Positions 8,801 through 18,270 of a DNA stretch of 64,000 bases are shown here, piece by piece. Origin of the DNA: Escherichia coli (lineage in GTDB: Bacteria; Pseudomonadota; Gammaproteobacteria; Enterobacterales; Enterobacteriaceae); assembly GCF_003019035.1 (NCBI RefSeq), contig NZ_CP027448.1; one strand, 5' to 3'. The notes beneath the pieces were generated by a model that saw only the letters and a list, made by a program, of their open reading frames with translations, ran no database searches and was not told the DNA's origin. The stretch's first letter is position 1. Every line of letters starts with the position of its first letter. Made by a program: the position numbers and the translations under genes.

Positions 8801-11073
8801 AGGGAGGCCGGTTCAGCCCGCCCCGGCACAACAACCGTCATCGAATCTTCACTGACGGATGCCACCTGCAGGCGGTCACCGCCGGAGACGCGGAGTCCGG
8901 GAATTTTCCCTGTCACCCTCAGACGCTCGCCGTCTGCCACCGGCATTTTTTCCGGCCGGAACAGCGACCAGCTGCTGTCCAGGGAGGAAATACGCACCAC
9001 CTGCGTTTCGCCCTGCGCATCCCGCAGGGTCAGGCTGTGACTCTGCGCCGTCACCCGATCGATAACATAGAGGTCATGACTGCGTGTCTCCGGGTTCCAC
9101 TGCTCCATCACCATCCCCGGACGGTACATATCCCGCAGATAACGGCTCCGGCTGTCCAGCCAGACCGGTGACAGAGCGGTCATGGTCACCTCCGGGTGTC
9201 CGAGCACGCCCTGTGTTTTCAGCTCACTGCGAACGGCCTGTGTCAGTATGGCCTGTTCCCGTACCCCGCTGACCTGTGCCACGCTCTCTTCTCCGGCTTT
9301 CACGCTGGCCGCAAAATCTCCGGCCAGCCGGGCATAGCGGACATTACGGTCCGGTTCACTGATGATGGTGGCCGGTCGCTGTTCTCCCCCCTGCCAGCGA
9401 TATGTGTTCACCCCGGCATCTTTCATGGCCATCAGTGCACTGCCTGTACCGGTTCGCTGCCCGCTGTCGGTTATCAGGACCTGTACGTTATGACGTGCGG
9501 CACCGTCCAGCAGGGTTAACGTCTCTTTCAGGGAGAGTTTTTCGCCCTGGTCAACGATAACAGTACTGCCCAGCGTGAAGGCCATGCCTTCCAGCAGCTG
9601 ACGACGTCCGGTTATCAGCTCACCGGACAGCCGTTCATCCTGCTTCAGGTTCATCTGCGAGCGACGGTCAGCAGCGATAATCTGCACTTCCCGCCCCTGC
9701 TCCCGGGCCATCATGACCAGTTCAGCCACCCGCTCACGCTGCCCGGCTGCACCGCCCTGCCCGGACACAATGGCCAGCGACGGACGGTCCTGTGCCAGAA
9801 CACTGACGGCATCGCTGTAGCCGGCCGTCCGGGGGACACTTTTCTCCGGATGTACGGTCACCCGGTTCTGTTTCATGATATCGCGACTGAGTGCCCGGAC
9901 TGACAGTTCATCGAGCACATGAATCCCGGACGTGAACAGCCCCTTCTCACGGTCAAGGGGGATGAGTTGCTCACGGCTGATGGCCTCATCGATACCGGCG
10001 CGTGCCCGTTCAATCACACCATTTTCCGGCGGCAGTATACCGACCGTTCTGGCCAGCACGTCCGTGTACGTAAACTGCACTTTTCGTTCACTTAATCCGG
10101 CAATCGCCTGTGTCACCGCCTGCTGCACATCCGGCCCCTCCTGTGAAACAGCCCCGGGCGCCTGCGTGCGGGTCTCCGCACGCTGATCCGCCGCGTCACG
10201 ATATGCCCGGATGTCGAACCCGGTTTCCTTCAGCGTCTGCATCCATTCAGCCATTCTGACTTCAGGATCGACGTGCTGTTTGGATTTTCGCGTATCCAGT
10301 GCCGCCACATCCCGGGATTTCAGCGAGGCGTCCTCCCCGACGGCCTCCCGGATAGTCTGCGAGCGTCCAGAAAAGGCCTCCACCGGTATGCCCAGCATTT
10401 CCCACATACCGTGCTGACCCACCACTTCGGTTTCATAGCCCAGCGCCTCAACCTGCTCTTTCAGTTTTTCCCGGTAGAGCCTGCCAAAGGCAATCTGATT
10501 AGCGTACACATTCTCAATGAACCCCGTTTTCCCCACTTTGTCACTGCTCAGTGTCTTCCATTCGCCGTTATGCTGCGTGACATTAGCCACCACCGCATGC
10601 GTGTGTAACTGTGGTTCCTGATCGCGACTGGTGTCGTGGTTAAACAGTGCCATCACCAGATTACCGGTCAGCACCGTTTCTGACTGTCCGTCCGTCATCA
10701 CCCGTGTGGAGGCCAGCGCCTCCACCTGACGGACAGCAAAATCCACGGCCTGGTTATGTGCTTCAATAAGACGTTTGTCCCCCCCGAGCATGGCCATCAT
10801 GGAGACACTTTTGGGAGCGGAAAAGGTCAGGTCGTAGCCGGGACGATGCCTGTTACGGCCATCCTGCATGCGGCTTAAATCCGCCCCGTCTGGCAACCTG
10901 CCCTCCAGAAGGCGGGTAAAGACATCCTTATCGACACTGCCCTGCAGCCCCAGTTGTTCAGCCCCCTGGCCGGCCCAGCGTTCTCCCATGCTGCCCAGCA
11001 CATAGTAATTATCCTTGTCGGTATAATAGTTCCCGGCACTTCCGGCCGATCTGACCTGCGCAATACTCATCAT
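5803..11073 (-). CDS. traI: TraI relaxase/helicase, 1756 aa
   Basis: From the MM at 11073: MMSIAQVRSAGSAGNYYTDKDNYYVLGSMGERWAG..., HTHAVVANV (3-His relaxase motif), Walker A GYAGVGKT; length equals F TraI. Confidence 0.97.
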   Translation of the reverse strand: MMSIAQVRSAGSAGNYYTDKDNYYVLGSMGERWAGQGAEQLGLQGSVDKDVFTRLLEGRLPDGADLSRMQDGRNRHRPGYDLTFSAPKSVSMMAMLGGDKRLIEAHNQAVDFAVRQVEALASTRVMTDGQSETVLTGNLVMALFNHDTSRDQEPQLHTHAVVANVTQHNGEWKTLSSDKVGKTGFIENVYANQIAFGRLYREKLKEQVEALGYETEVVGQHGMWEMLGIPVEAFSGRSQTIREAVGEDASLKSRDVAALDTRKSKQHVDPEVRMAEWMQTLKETGFDIRAYRDAADQRAETRTQAPGAVSQEGPDVQQAVTQAIAGLSERKVQFTYTDVLARTVGILPPENGVIERARAGIDEAISREQLIPLDREKGLFTSGIHVLDELSVRALSRDIMKQNRVTVHPEKSVPRTAGYSDAVSVLAQDRPSLAIVSGQGGAAGQRERVAELVMMAREQGREVQIIAADRRSQMNLKQDERLSGELITGRRQLLEGMAFTLGSTVIVDQGEKLSLKETLTLLDGAARHNVQVLITDSGQRTGTGSALMAMKDAGVNTYRWQGGEQRPATIISEPDRNVRYARLAGDFAASVKAGEESVAQVSGVREQAILTQAVRSELKTQGVLGHPEVTMTALSPVWLDSRSRYLRDMYRPGMVMEQWNPETRSHDLYVIDRVTAQSHSLTLRDAQGETQVVRISSLDSSWSLFRPEKMPVADGERLRVTGKIPGLRVSGGDRLQVASVSEDSMTVVVPGRAEPASLPVSDSPFTALKLENGWVETPGHSVSDSAKVFASVTQMAMDNATLNGLARSGRDVRLYSSLDETRTAENLARHPSFTVVSEQIKARAGETLLETAISLQKAGLHTPAQQAIHLALPVLESKNLAFSMVDLLTEAKSFAAEGTSFTELGGEINAQIKRGDLLYVDVAKGYGTGLLVSRASYEAEKSILRHILEGKEAVTPLMERVPGGVMESLTSGQRAATRMILETSDRFTVVQGYAGVGKTTQFRAVMSAVNMLPESERPRVVGLGPTHRAVGEMRSAGVDAQTLASFLHGTQLQLRSGETPDFSNTLFLLDESSMVGNTDMARAYALIAAGGGRAVASGDTDQLQAIAPGQPFRLQQTRSAADVAIMKEIVRQTPELREAVYSLINRDVERALSGLESVKPSQVPRQEGAWVPEHSVTEFSHSQEAKLAEAQQKAMQNGEAFPDVPMTLYEAIVRDYTGRTPEAREQTLIVTHLNEDRRVLNSMIHDAREKAGELGKEQVMVPVLNTANIRDGELRRLSTWETHRDALVLVDNVYHRIAGISKGDGLITLQDAEGNTRLISPREAVAEGVTLYTPDTIRVGTGDRMRFTKSDRERGYVANSVWTVTAVSGDSVTLSGGQQTRVIRPGQERAEQHIDLAYAITAHGAQGASETFAIALEGTEGSRKQMAGFESAYVALSRMKQHVQVYTDNRQGWTDAINNAEQKGTAHDVFEPKSDREVMNAERLFSTARELRDVAAGRAVLRQAGLAGGDSPARFIAPGRKYPQPYVALPAFDRNGKSAGIWLNPLTTDDGNGLRGFSGEGRVKGSEDAQFVALQGSRNGESLLADNMQDGVRIARDNPDSGVVVRIAGEGRPWNPGAITGGRVWGDIPDNSVQPGAGNGEPVTAEVLAQRQAEEAIRRETERRADEIVRKMAENKPDLPDGKTELAVREIAGQERDRAAITEREAALPDSVLRESQREREAVREVARENLLQERLQQMERDMVRDLQKEKTLGGD

Positions 11074-11087
11074 AAACGTATATCCCT

Positions 11088-11116
11088 TTGACATATCCCG
11101 GCATCAATCCCACAAT
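11088..11116 (+). promoter_or_regulatory. Candidate vapBC promoter with ATATCC/GGATAT operator-like repeats
   Basis: TTGACA (11088..11093), 17 nt, CACAAT (11111..11116); ATATCC occurs three times and GGATAT once between 11081 and 11140, upstream of AGGAGG-ATG of vapB. Confidence 0.3.
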
Positions 11117-11154
11117 GGATATACACAAGACATATCCACATAAGGAGGCAAATA

Positions 11155-11382
11155 ATGGAAACCACCGTATTTCTCAGCAACCGCAGCCAGGCGGTCAGAC
11201 TGCCAAAAGCGGTTGCATTGCCGGAAAACGTAAAACGCGTTGAAGTGATTGCTGTCGGACGAACCCGAATCATTACGCCTGCCGGAGAGACATGGGACGA
11301 ATGGTTCGACGGAAACAGTGTCAGCGCTGATTTTATGGATAACAGGGAACAGCCTGGTATGCAGGAAAGGGAGTCATTCTGA
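11155..11382 (+). CDS. vapB: VapB/VagC antitoxin (AbrB/SpoVT-type)
   Basis: 75 aa: METTVFLSNRSQAVRLPKAVALPENVKRVEVIAVGRTRIITPAGETWDEWF...; stop overlaps vapC start (TGATG). Confidence 0.9.
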   Translation: METTVFLSNRSQAVRLPKAVALPENVKRVEVIAVGRTRIITPAGETWDEWFDGNSVSADFMDNREQPGMQERESF

Positions 11383-11780
11383 TGCTGAAGTTTATGCTCA
11401 ATACCAACATCTGCATTTTTACGATAAAGAACAAACCCGCCAGTGTCAGGGAACGTTTTAACCTGAACCAGGGGAGAATGTGCATCAGTTCGGTCACTCT
11501 GATGGAGCTGATATATGGTGCAGAAAAAAGCCAGATGCCTGAACGTAATCTCGCTGTGATCGAGGGATTTGTTTCCCGCATTGACGTTCTGGATTACGAC
11601 GCTGCTGCTGCCACACACACCGGCCAGATAAGAGCAGAACTTGCCCGTCAGGGACGCCCTGTCGGGCCATTTGATCAAATGATCGCAGGTCATGCCCGCA
11701 GTCGGGGACTGATTATTGTGACTAATAACACCCGGGAATTTGAACGTGTGGGCGGCCTGAGAATTGAAGACTGGAGTTGA
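11382..11780 (+). CDS. vapC: VapC/VagD PIN-domain toxin
   Basis: 132 aa: MLKFMLNTNICIF...LMELIYGAEKS...DQMIAGHARSRGLIIVTNNTREFERV; PIN acidic residues in the usual positions. Confidence 0.9.
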   Translation: MLKFMLNTNICIFTIKNKPASVRERFNLNQGRMCISSVTLMELIYGAEKSQMPERNLAVIEGFVSRIDVLDYDAAAATHTGQIRAELARQGRPVGPFDQMIAGHARSRGLIIVTNNTREFERVGGLRIEDWS

Positions 11781-11788
11781 CCTGTTCA

Positions 11789-13942
11789 TCAGAAATCATC
11801 TCCCGGCTCAACATCCTCCCCGCGCTCCCGGTGCACATTAATGTTCACCTCTTCACGACGCTGCATCTGCTGCTGGATGTCCGGATGATTTTCCTGTTGC
11901 CATGCCTCATAAGCGGCCATATCCACCACTTCACCGGATTCACTGATCCCGGGTGGCAGTTGCTGTTCCATCTCTTCTTCCGGTTTCATTTTCAGCTCCT
12001 GCTCGATCCCCCCTACCGGAACATTCACACCTGAATCTGACTTCTTATCGTTGATGGCAGGAGACACCGGCTGTTGCGGCTGTTCAGCCTGAGTCACGTC
12101 TTCTCCGGAAACAACCTCCGGGACATCCGGTTCGAAGAGGCTGGCCATCTGACGACCTTCTGCTTCCCTTGCGGCAAGTACGGCACTCAGACGGTTCTCC
12201 ATTTCCGGGTTGATGTCACGCGGAATAAACTCCGGAGCGACCTTCGGTCGTGTCTGATATTTCAGAGAGAGTTTTACTGCCGGATACGGTCCGGGCAGGG
12301 TGACATAACAGGTCAGATCCGGCAGAGACTGAATGTCGGAATAACTGACCAGCGTCTGGCGCTCCATATCCTTACCGGTCGATACCCCGTCACGTACCGG
12401 ATCAGCACCGTAGGAATACTGCTCGCTGGCTTTCAGGTGCTCTTTCTCACCAATTTCACCGGCAGCGAACTCTGCAATCTTATGGCTGGGAGAACGGAAA
12501 AAGGCACGGGTGTTCATGACGTCAAACAGCGAGGCAGCCGCTTTCTCACCGTAGATATCTTCCAGCTGGGCATAGGACTGGATACCAAACACATAACAGC
12601 CACCGAACTTACGGGCTTCCGGCAGGATCTCCACCAGGTCCGGCAGTTTGTGTAACGTGGGTAACTCATCACAGAAAAACCACACACGACGGTTACGGTT
12701 TTCTCCCATTGCCAGCAGACCACGAATGGCAATGGACAGCCACATGGAGATCACCGGCTTCAGGGAGGCATGGGTGTCGGCATTCGACGAAATAAACAGC
12801 CAGCCGTTTTTCTGATCTTCCCGGACACCACGCATCCAGTCACGGATGGTAAAAGACTCACCGTTATGCTCAATCCCCTGCAGGTAACGGATGGCTTTCA
12901 CGTAGTTGGTCAGCACAGCACGGATGGAAATCGCCGTTTTCTCAATTTTCTCTTCCACCAGGTTGGCCGCCGGTGAATTACGCAGGAAGGTACGCAGTTT
13001 TTCGATTTTGATGGAAAGCAGTGTGTCCACCAGTTTGCTGTAGCTGCGGTTGGGGTCATTACGCATCAGGTACGCCGCTTCCGCAAAAATGGTACGTCCT
13101 GACCCCTGCCAGAACGGGTCCTCTTTTGTGCCCATCGGGATCAGCGTGTTCGCGGTATTATCAAAATCCGGCTGTGTCAGGCACTCCTTCCACAAATCCC
13201 AGGCGGCACAGCGGGCATCCAGCGGATTCAGGATTTTATCGATGGAGGGATCATAGTAACTTTTAACAAATTCCCCTGAACGGTCATAAATCACCACCAT
13301 ATCTCCACGCTGACGGGCGTAGTTGGCCAGACGACGGATAACTTCCGACTTACCGGCCCCGACCGTGCCGTGCAGACAGAAGTTCTGGATTTCGGAATCC
13401 CGGATAATCGGCAGGTCGCCAATCCGTATATCGGAGTCCTTGCCGTCTTTTTTCAGCATCCGGGCAACGTCTTTCGGATTGTCTGTCAGCTGACGACCAC
13501 CTGTGACTTCATTTTCGCTCTGTTGTTTACCCTGACGCCCCAGAATCCAGGAGACAACAAAGAAGGTAATCAGGCAAATAACCAGTGCCACAACTGTGGC
13601 CAGAACGAATGCGGACCATAGCTGCTCTCCGCACCAGATCATATATTTATCATGCAGTACCTGAGCAGCATTCATCCGGAAGGTTTTGCCGTAATACTGG
13701 ATCTCATATACCGGCTGGGACTTGATTAAATCCCGCATGCCTTCCAGCGTGGTACACCACCAGTAAATACAGCCGTTCACAAACGTCTGCCAGCTTATTT
13801 TTACCCATAAAACCAGACCAACGAGTATCCAGAAAAAAATAAACAGGCAGTAAAGCATGATATTGGCGATCTGGCTGAACATGCGGATACGCATGGACGC
13901 AATCTGACCGCCCTGGGTCATATCCTTTGCGTTAAAACTCAT
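11789..13942 (-). CDS. traD: TraD type IV coupling protein, 717 aa
   Basis: [31 protein letters not shown]..., Walker [10 protein letters not shown]-terminal ...[10 protein letters not shown] as in F/R100 TraD. Confidence 0.97.
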   Translation of the reverse strand: MSFNAKDMTQGGQIASMRIRMFSQIANIMLYCLFIFFWILVGLVLWVKISWQTFVNGCIYWWCTTLEGMRDLIKSQPVYEIQYYGKTFRMNAAQVLHDKYMIWCGEQLWSAFVLATVVALVICLITFFVVSWILGRQGKQQSENEVTGGRQLTDNPKDVARMLKKDGKDSDIRIGDLPIIRDSEIQNFCLHGTVGAGKSEVIRRLANYARQRGDMVVIYDRSGEFVKSYYDPSIDKILNPLDARCAAWDLWKECLTQPDFDNTANTLIPMGTKEDPFWQGSGRTIFAEAAYLMRNDPNRSYSKLVDTLLSIKIEKLRTFLRNSPAANLVEEKIEKTAISIRAVLTNYVKAIRYLQGIEHNGESFTIRDWMRGVREDQKNGWLFISSNADTHASLKPVISMWLSIAIRGLLAMGENRNRRVWFFCDELPTLHKLPDLVEILPEARKFGGCYVFGIQSYAQLEDIYGEKAAASLFDVMNTRAFFRSPSHKIAEFAAGEIGEKEHLKASEQYSYGADPVRDGVSTGKDMERQTLVSYSDIQSLPDLTCYVTLPGPYPAVKLSLKYQTRPKVAPEFIPRDINPEMENRLSAVLAAREAEGRQMASLFEPDVPEVVSGEDVTQAEQPQQPVSPAINDKKSDSGVNVPVGGIEQELKMKPEEEMEQQLPPGISESGEVVDMAAYEAWQQENHPDIQQQMQRREEVNINVHRERGEDVEPGDDF

Positions 13943-14193
13943 GATGATATTCCGAAGAAAAAAGTCAGTCGGACTGATTATTAATGATGAAAAGATTAAT
14001 AACCGTTAAATTCCGGCTTCGCCGGCAACACTTCACGGTCGCACAAAGAATTTGCACAACCGCTCAGTGTTTTCATATTTATTTCGGAAACGCCGGGGAG
14101 AAATAAAATTTATTTTATTTCTTTCCGGGGTTGGACAACGAGCAAAGCGAGGCGTCAGTCAGGAGGCCGGTCAGACCAGCCTCCGGAAGATAA

Positions 14194-14925
14194 TCAGAGA
14201 ATATTTGCGATTGATTTGGCCAGCTGGTCTTCGAGAACAGGCTTCGCCTCTTCAAATTTCAGGTTAACCTTGTTCGCACTGGAGACCACACGGGTCTGAT
14301 ATTTATGCTGGTTACCTGTTTCAGTACTGGTCTGAATTTTCGCACCTGAAGTGCCCTGACGCAGGGCGGCAACATTATCTGTTGTCACCGTTGTCTTAGT
14401 ACGCTCTGCAATCTGCACATCCGTGATCATGGTATAGTTCACATCTTCCACCATCGCATCTGCAGCCATACCCACCAGACCAGCAGCAAGGCCCACACCG
14501 AGTGTGGCACCGGCAGAATTGGAATTATATCCGGTAATACCGGCACCTAACGCTGCACCAACAGCTGCGCCTTCATAACCACGGTTCAGCCATCCCTGAG
14601 ACTCCCGCAGATCCATCTTATCGGCCTTCAGCACATTCGCCTGAATCCAGTAGTAGGCTTTATCCGGAGAAGTCACCACCTGATACCCTTTTGCTTTCAC
14701 AGCATCAGCAATTTTGCCCTGCAGCCCACTCATGTCTTTATCAGACGTGTTTTTGATCTGCAGAAATACCGTGCGTTCGCTGGCGGGTTCAAGCCAGATG
14801 GTCTCACTCATCTGGGTCTTCACCTCAAGGTTACGCTTCTTGATTGCTGTGCTCATCGCACCACACCCTGAAAGGGCCAGAGTGGAACTGACCAGTGCAA
14901 CCATCATCAATTTTTTTGTTTTCAT
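14194..14925 (-). CDS. traT: TraT surface-exclusion / serum-resistance lipoprotein
   Basis: 243 aa, lipobox [21 protein letters not shown], sequence recognised as TraT. Confidence 0.96.
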   Translation of the reverse strand: MKTKKLMMVALVSSTLALSGCGAMSTAIKKRNLEVKTQMSETIWLEPASERTVFLQIKNTSDKDMSGLQGKIADAVKAKGYQVVTSPDKAYYWIQANVLKADKMDLRESQGWLNRGYEGAAVGAALGAGITGYNSNSAGATLGVGLAAGLVGMAADAMVEDVNYTMITDVQIAERTKTTVTTDNVAALRQGTSGAKIQTSTETGNQHKYQTRVVSSANKVNLKFEEAKPVLEDQLAKSIANIL

Positions 14926-14938
14926 CCAAAATATCCTT

Positions 14939-15448
14939 TTAACTAACAGACTCTTTTTTGAACAGCCCTATTACTGAGGCTATAGCTGAGAGATTATAAC
15001 GATTTATGTCTATAGCATAAATAAAGAAAAAGATTATAAACAAAGCAATTAATAAAAACTCATATAAGAGTGTATGGGCAAATGAAACCATTGAAAAAGC
15101 AATCAAAAATGACAAGATATAAGTTTTGTTCTTATCATACATAAAAGATATAACTTTCGACTCATCTCTGAATTTTTCAGGGATAGCAAGATACAACATC
15201 ATTCCATTAGTAATGGCAACAAAAAGGATAAAACCCATTACGCCACTAAAACATATATCAAATCCGGCATCTCGGATATCAATTTTATCTGCCAGCAAAC
15301 GAAGAAATGTTGGCCATAATAAAACCCATAAAAACACATACCCCCCTGGCTTTATGACCTGTAATAATGGCGGGATATTAACCCCGTCTACAGAGAGTAC
15401 ATCCTTTAGTTTCTGTGTCTCCATTTTTATATCATAGTGAGTGATCAT
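14939..15448 (-). CDS. traS: TraS entry-exclusion inner-membrane protein (allele not recognised)
   Basis: 169-aa very hydrophobic, AT-rich ORF in the conserved slot between traG and traT; called by position only. Confidence 0.65.
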   Translation of the reverse strand: MITHYDIKMETQKLKDVLSVDGVNIPPLLQVIKPGGYVFLWVLLWPTFLRLLADKIDIRDAGFDICFSGVMGFILFVAITNGMMLYLAIPEKFRDESKVISFMYDKNKTYILSFLIAFSMVSFAHTLLYEFLLIALFIIFFFIYAIDINRYNLSAIASVIGLFKKESVS

Positions 15449-18270
15449 AATGGCCCCTTCAGTCGTTCCTTTTTACCATCAATCATTTTTTTCACAGCCT
15501 CTCCTGATGGCTCAGGTATTATCTTTTGACTTTCTCGCTCTTCATTATATTTATTATTCTGAGATAATGCTTCTGTTTTATGGTGATTCTGCAGTTCAGA
15601 ATACTGTCCTCTTACAATATTTTCCTCGCCATGTATGCTGTTCTGAGTATCACCTATATTCCCTTTATATTCTGTGACCATATTATCAACCTGATGTTTT
15701 ACATCATTACGGATATTACTGTCCTGTGTTCTTTGATCAATAATGGCCTGATGCCCCTGATGGTCAGCAATAATATTCTGGCTGCCACCACCCGAAGGTA
15801 CGCTCTCCATTCCTTTACCAATATCGCCACGGGATTCACGCCAGGCATTATCAACACCAGGTTGTACCTGTTCTTGCACAAAAGACCATGCCATCGCCCG
15901 ACGGCGTTCTGCAATCTCCGGTGAACTGGTGTTTGTCAGAATAGCTTCTGCATACTGCGGCGCGTGTTTCATCACATACTGTGCAAACTGTTGCGACAGG
16001 TCTTCACTCATCTGCCCACTCATGCTTTCAGTACGGGATGCCATTTCAGCATATTCATGGCTGCGGGTCATATTCGTCGTGTACTGGTCGTAACTCTGTT
16101 TCGCTGAGTTCAGGGCTGCAGACAACTGGTCCACGCGGGAATCGGCATTATTGTCAGTATGGCTTCCGGATTCACTGACTTTGCGACTGGTAAAGTAATC
16201 GCTGGCCTCTTTAAAGTCCTTACTGGCTCTAGCGTCAATATCATGGCGAGCATCATGGGAAGCCCTGCTGCCACTACTGGCTTCATGTGAGTCCAGATCA
16301 CTACCGTCAATACTGGCTCGCCCACCAACCTTAGCGCCAACATCAACACGCACACCAAAAAGGCTGGGCTTTGCATCTAATCCGGCATGAGCATCACCAT
16401 ACAATCCAGCTGATGCAGTCGTACTTCTCGATGCCAGTTCTCTTGTCGCCTGCTCATTACTGATATTATGCGCCTTCGCATAGCTTTCCACTGCACTGCG
16501 CATACGGCTGGCCATCATGGAGTCCTGAGCACTCATCGTGCTGTCAGCACCACCGGTGACAGAATCACTGCTCCCCCGGTTAGAACCAAACTGACTGAGC
16601 GTGTTCCAGGCACTGGCAATACTGCTGCTGAACCCATGCAGGGCACTTTCTGCTCTGTTCGATGCTTCCCGGGCCATTTCCTGTTGTGCCGCCGCAATCT
16701 GACGCGTTGCATTGATGCCGACCGGTAACCGGGACATCGCTCCGCTTGCATCCATCACCATATTACCATCACGGGTCTGTGTGGCGGTTGCGCCACTGCC
16801 GGTCTGGTACATCATCTGACCAAACGACGTGGTGCTGTTGGTGCTCCAGCTGAAGCCGTTCACGTTCTCCGTCTGCATGTTGCCGTAGGAGTAATTACCG
16901 TCAACCACACTGCCTGCTGCACTGGCGGTCGGGCTGATAGCAGAGGAAGCGAAATGGCTGTACACACTGGAAAATCCTGCCCCGAGCCCCCTGACCATCA
17001 TCCAGGATAATGGCGGGATCATCATGGAAAGATACCCGGCAGTGGAAGCCAGATCGGAGTATTTCAGCTGTATCTGTGAAATTTCCGAGAGCACCACCGG
17101 TGCACCATTCTGCTTCGCATAAAATGTCATGGCGCTGTTCAGAATGGCGTACAACATTGGCCATGACTGCAACCACATCAGGGCAAACACATAGCCTTTC
17201 AGGACGGACAGCGTCAGTTTGTTGAAGACAGCCGCCAGTACCAGGAGCGGGAAAATACCGATGGCGATCCCCGTCAGGATGGTCTGCGTCATGGGCAGTG
17301 TCCGCATCGCCACATGACCGATGGAGACATGTGCCAGACGTTGCTTCTCCATCGATGATGTGGTGGCCAGATTCACCAGGCTGGCCGAATCACCATTACG
17401 TGCGGCATAACTGGTGATCCCCTCCTTCAGCGCATTGATGGTGACATTCTGGCGGATGATCTGGCTGGCTGATTTACTTGAGCCATAGAAGTAACTGTAA
17501 CTGTCGCCAATCAGCGTACTGAACAACAGGTTCGGATCAGGGCGTCCACCAAATAGCTGCTGGGCATAATAATGCCATGTTTTTCCGCCACTCTGTGTGT
17601 CCAGATTCAGCTTGTCTTTCAGCGAAACCGACGCGTCCTTACAGGTCACGAAATTATTATTGCTGTCATAAACGCCCCGCAGCGGACTGGGGCGGGAAAA
17701 AATCAGCGTGTAAGGATCAGCGGAGGCCATCAGTTCCTCCAGCGTGTATTTGTGGTTCAGGTAAATATCCCCCATCACGCAGTTCTGCACATAATCCTGG
17801 AAAAGATTGGCGATTTCCGGATTACGGGACAAAAAGTCGGTGCTTTTTGATACCAGTTCTGCGCCAAACAGCATCCCCGTTTTGCTGTAGGTGACACTGT
17901 CCGGTTGCGTGAAGATCATCTCGTAACTGGCCACCATTGCATGCCCGATACGGGTCGTCAGTGAAAGTGGCATCGCCAGTCCGACCGGCACATTATCCAC
18001 CCGGTGAATTTTGACCAGGTCACTGTTATCAATAATCTGCACCGATGTGCGGACATTAACCAGCAGGCTGATAAGCACAAACACGGCCACCCAGCCCAGC
18101 AAATCCATCACGTTGTGCCGCTGTACCCACATTACGGCCACCGCTAGAACAGACAATGTGAGCGCAATTTTTTCAATGGAATCCCACGTCCGGGTCCCCA
18201 TAAAGGCGGCAATGGCATTCAGGTTATTCCGCAACCACTCACCACCGGCAATCACATAAACTTCATTCAC
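15445..18270 (-). CDS. traG: TraG mating-pair stabilisation / pilus assembly protein
   Basis: 941 aa: MNEVYVIAGGEWLRNNLNAIAAFMGT... matches F TraG N-terminus; start overlaps traH stop. Confidence 0.95.
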   Translation of the reverse strand: MNEVYVIAGGEWLRNNLNAIAAFMGTRTWDSIEKIALTLSVLAVAVMWVQRHNVMDLLGWVAVFVLISLLVNVRTSVQIIDNSDLVKIHRVDNVPVGLAMPLSLTTRIGHAMVASYEMIFTQPDSVTYSKTGMLFGAELVSKSTDFLSRNPEIANLFQDYVQNCVMGDIYLNHKYTLEELMASADPYTLIFSRPSPLRGVYDSNNNFVTCKDASVSLKDKLNLDTQSGGKTWHYYAQQLFGGRPDPNLLFSTLIGDSYSYFYGSSKSASQIIRQNVTINALKEGITSYAARNGDSASLVNLATTSSMEKQRLAHVSIGHVAMRTLPMTQTILTGIAIGIFPLLVLAAVFNKLTLSVLKGYVFALMWLQSWPMLYAILNSAMTFYAKQNGAPVVLSEISQIQLKYSDLASTAGYLSMMIPPLSWMMVRGLGAGFSSVYSHFASSAISPTASAAGSVVDGNYSYGNMQTENVNGFSWSTNSTTSFGQMMYQTGSGATATQTRDGNMVMDASGAMSRLPVGINATRQIAAAQQEMAREASNRAESALHGFSSSIASAWNTLSQFGSNRGSSDSVTGGADSTMSAQDSMMASRMRSAVESYAKAHNISNEQATRELASRSTTASAGLYGDAHAGLDAKPSLFGVRVDVGAKVGGRASIDGSDLDSHEASSGSRASHDARHDIDARASKDFKEASDYFTSRKVSESGSHTDNNADSRVDQLSAALNSAKQSYDQYTTNMTRSHEYAEMASRTESMSGQMSEDLSQQFAQYVMKHAPQYAEAILTNTSSPEIAERRRAMAWSFVQEQVQPGVDNAWRESRGDIGKGMESVPSGGGSQNIIADHQGHQAIIDQRTQDSNIRNDVKHQVDNMVTEYKGNIGDTQNSIHGEENIVRGQYSELQNHHKTEALSQNNKYNEERESQKIIPEPSGEAVKKMIDGKKERLKGPL

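Noticed and set aside
5696-10608. Many plus-strand ORFs (up to 330 aa, e.g. 5696-6568 and 6865-7857) inside traI
   Set aside because: They are antisense to a 1756-aa gene of certain identity. Their translations are Arg/Pro/Ser-rich, as is typical of the antisense strand of GC-rich coding DNA. The same reasoning applies to antisense ORFs within traD, traG, traN, traU, traC and traB.
11070-11789. 239-aa minus-strand ORF spanning the traI-traD interval
   Set aside because: It is entirely antisense to the well-supported vapB/vapC pair, has no recognisable motifs, and would overlap the traI start.
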